DNA of 64,000 nt, taken from positions 42,044,512 to 42,108,511 of the forward strand of contig NC_068986.1 in assembly GCF_001194135.2 (NCBI RefSeq), given 5' to 3'. The notes beneath the pieces were generated by a model that did not search any database, was not told the DNA's origin, and worked only from the letters and a program-made list of their open reading frames with translations. Below are positions 61,531 through 64,000 of this stretch, in pieces; the stretch's first letter is position 1; the number at the start of each line of letters is the position of its first letter. This stretch comes from Octopus bimaculoides. Its lineage: Eukaryota. A program made the translations under genes and the position numbers.

Positions 61531-64000
61531 GTAACGAAACATATTTTTTATTAAAAGATTAACTGTATGAGATTATACTTAAAAACTCCAAACTGAATTT
61601 TGCAAAAGGGGGCAAAGAATTACACCTTAGGGATAAAAGGTCAAACATAAATATTCGACTTTACTTGTTTCTTTATTCATTTATATCCATTTTTTGCGTT
61701 TGTGATATTATTTGTATTCAAAAAATCGTTTAATGAACTCATCTGCTATATATTGCTGGTCGTTCAATCGCATTGAAGAAATTAAAAAAACCGTGGTTAC
61801 GCTAATAACTTGAATTAAATCTAGCTTAGCAGCGCAAGAGATGTAGTTAGGAAATCTGAGAGACGATTTTGCAAGGTGGAACAAAATTGCTTTTCAGTTC
61901 CTTGTTGATAATTATGAAAGTATATCCTCTGAATGGTCAACCGTGATATATTATTGTAATTTTTTTTCTTAAGGAACAACATGTGAAATATGTGCGGCAC
62001 TCTCTTTCGTTGTCCGAACTCCGGAATTTTGTACCGGCTGAATACTGTTGTTATAGCTTTCGTTGCAATAAGGTTTGAATGAATATTTTGTAGTTAATAG
62101 CCTATTATTAAGTTCTGTTCTATTAGAATAAAGTAAAATAAATAAGGATTCGGATATAGATTAAGTTTTCGAATATTAAACTAAAATATCCTTTTTGCTA
62201 TTTGAAATTTACCTTGAAACTATTACTTTAATGATTCAGGCGAGTAGGTCTACGTAATTTGTAACATGTAAAACAATGTATGGATGTATAGGATAAATAA
62301 TTTTTAACCAGTCGAGTTTGGTAATCTAAGCCTTAATATACAATGGCATCACATTTTGTTAAAGTTACCAAGTATGGAAATACAATTTCTTTTCATTAAA
62401 GCTAAGTTTAAAGAAGCAACTTACTGTTTCGCAAAATCTGTACTCTAACGATACAGTATTTCATGTATTCTTGCTAAGAATACAGTCTCCGTTTAATGGT
62501 TCATAAAAATAACAATTTTTCTCTTGAACAATATAAATAGATATTAGCATATTTAATGTATGAAAAATAAAAAAGCACGAGCTAAAAATAAATATATGCT
62601 GGGAAGTAAAATGAATGCAGACGGTTAGTATAGTTAATTAATTTAAAAAAATATCCTGATGTTACGGAAGACAATTCTGAGTATTTTTCTGTAGATATCT
62701 AAGAAGTGTATAACTTCTTACAACAACTTCTGTTATTGTTTCTGATTAGCATGTACCATTATAATTTATGCATAATAGACAGAATTGAAGGAAATTAAAA
62801 TTTACATATCTTCGTTTTGGATTAAATTGTGTATTCTTTTAAAAAAGATTTAAAGTTTAAAAAATTATGAATTATAGAAAACCTTTACAATCTGTTCGTG
62901 CTTCATTCACCATGAGAGTTTTATTACTCTCGTTTCCAACATCACAAAGTGATTTAAGCAGCTATTAACAGACGTCCTTCCTCAGACAGAACCCCTTCTG
63001 TTCAAGGTGATCAATATTAATACTCCCATACAGTCATACCGATTGGATACTTTTCCTACGTCCCGGACCAAACAAAGAAGCACACTGTCATCCCTATGGC
63101 AACTTAGGATTCTCTAACTCTCATAAGCTCAATTTTCTCCCTTTCTTTTTCACTTCGCTGTTAAAAGCCTTTACTCCTTTCAGCTAGATAGTTGCGCTTC
63201 CTGACCACCAAGTCCTATCTGACCCACATAATAAAAATCATATAATTATCATGTTTGTGTTTCACCAGTCAGTTCCTGAACTAGACACTCACACAACCCT
63301 TTTCCTCTCAACTGCACCCACCATAGTTCTCCTATCCCTTTTACCAACAAACATCGACGAAGATCTTTAAATTAAATACCAACTGGATAAGTTCTACCAA
63401 TTTTAATGAGCCTTAAAATATTATGGTGTCTACCCTTTAAACATGATGGCTAGCCATCGGATTTGCGGTTGCATAATAAATATCTTAATGTAAAATCAAA
63501 ATGTATTTTCTAACAAATGATAGTGATGCCTGGGTAGCCGTAATTTAACAGACCTATATTGAAAAGCATTCCAGTTTGGGTCATCTCATTCTTTCTCAAG
63601 CATTGTGTATCTACTACATTGCTCAACGTTTCATTCCTCAATCTAAGCAAGATGTAATTTGAGGGAGAATCGCTGCAATTATGGGCAGATAGAGCACCCA
63701 CATGGTGGTTCCTTTGTTTGTTATCAAATGATGATCACTAGTTAGTGTCAATACACAATACAGCGCATCTCAGTTATTTCCTCTGTTTCTTTATAACAAA
63801 TATATCTTTTATTATATCTATTAGTAATTCGATAAATTATACACTTCCTATTGATTTTATATGATGGCTGGAATCCCTTGTCATGAACAACAAATAAGGG
63901 TTTCCGTAAAATAAAGCGTTAACCATGCTTCATGGACACGAATGTGTCTTATGAGGCCTACTGTTACTTTGATTATATATATATATATATATATATATAT

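Noticed and set aside
61531-64000. Further chitin synthase exons (candidates near 62695 and 63552) and the minus ORF at 63510-63701
   Set aside because: The required phase-1 frame hits an immediate stop at both acceptors and no motif matches; the next exon is probably beyond the window.

Overview
AT-rich, microsatellite-rich animal genomic DNA with 11 N-gaps. The repeat content and gene architecture suggest a mollusc, probably an octopod cephalopod (inference). I assembled by hand one large plus-strand gene with 21 visible GT-AG exons between 19172 and 61530; splice phases match at every junction except the one hidden by the gap at 47950-48419. Exons 1-16 (650 codons) encode a divergent myosin motor domain related to class III. 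It has P-loop GESGAGKT, switch I NSSRFGK, switch II DMSGFE and HFIRCIRPN, but no visible IQ motif. It is followed by a linker with a coding 66-bp tandem repeat, an acidic exon, and then a WDCF motif plus hydrophobic helices that match the N-terminal membrane domain of animal chitin synthases. The best call is a myosin-motor chitin synthase fusion gene of the lophotrochozoan type. Its start exon was not found, and the catalytic domain should lie beyond the window. The rest is intergenic or intronic DNA filled with decayed transposons: L1/Tx1-like, R4/Dong-like, CR1-like and Penelope-like retroelements, mariner/Tc1, hAT, tRNA-derived SINEs, foldback elements and several hammerhead-like motifs. 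All family assignments come from motif recognition, not database searches.
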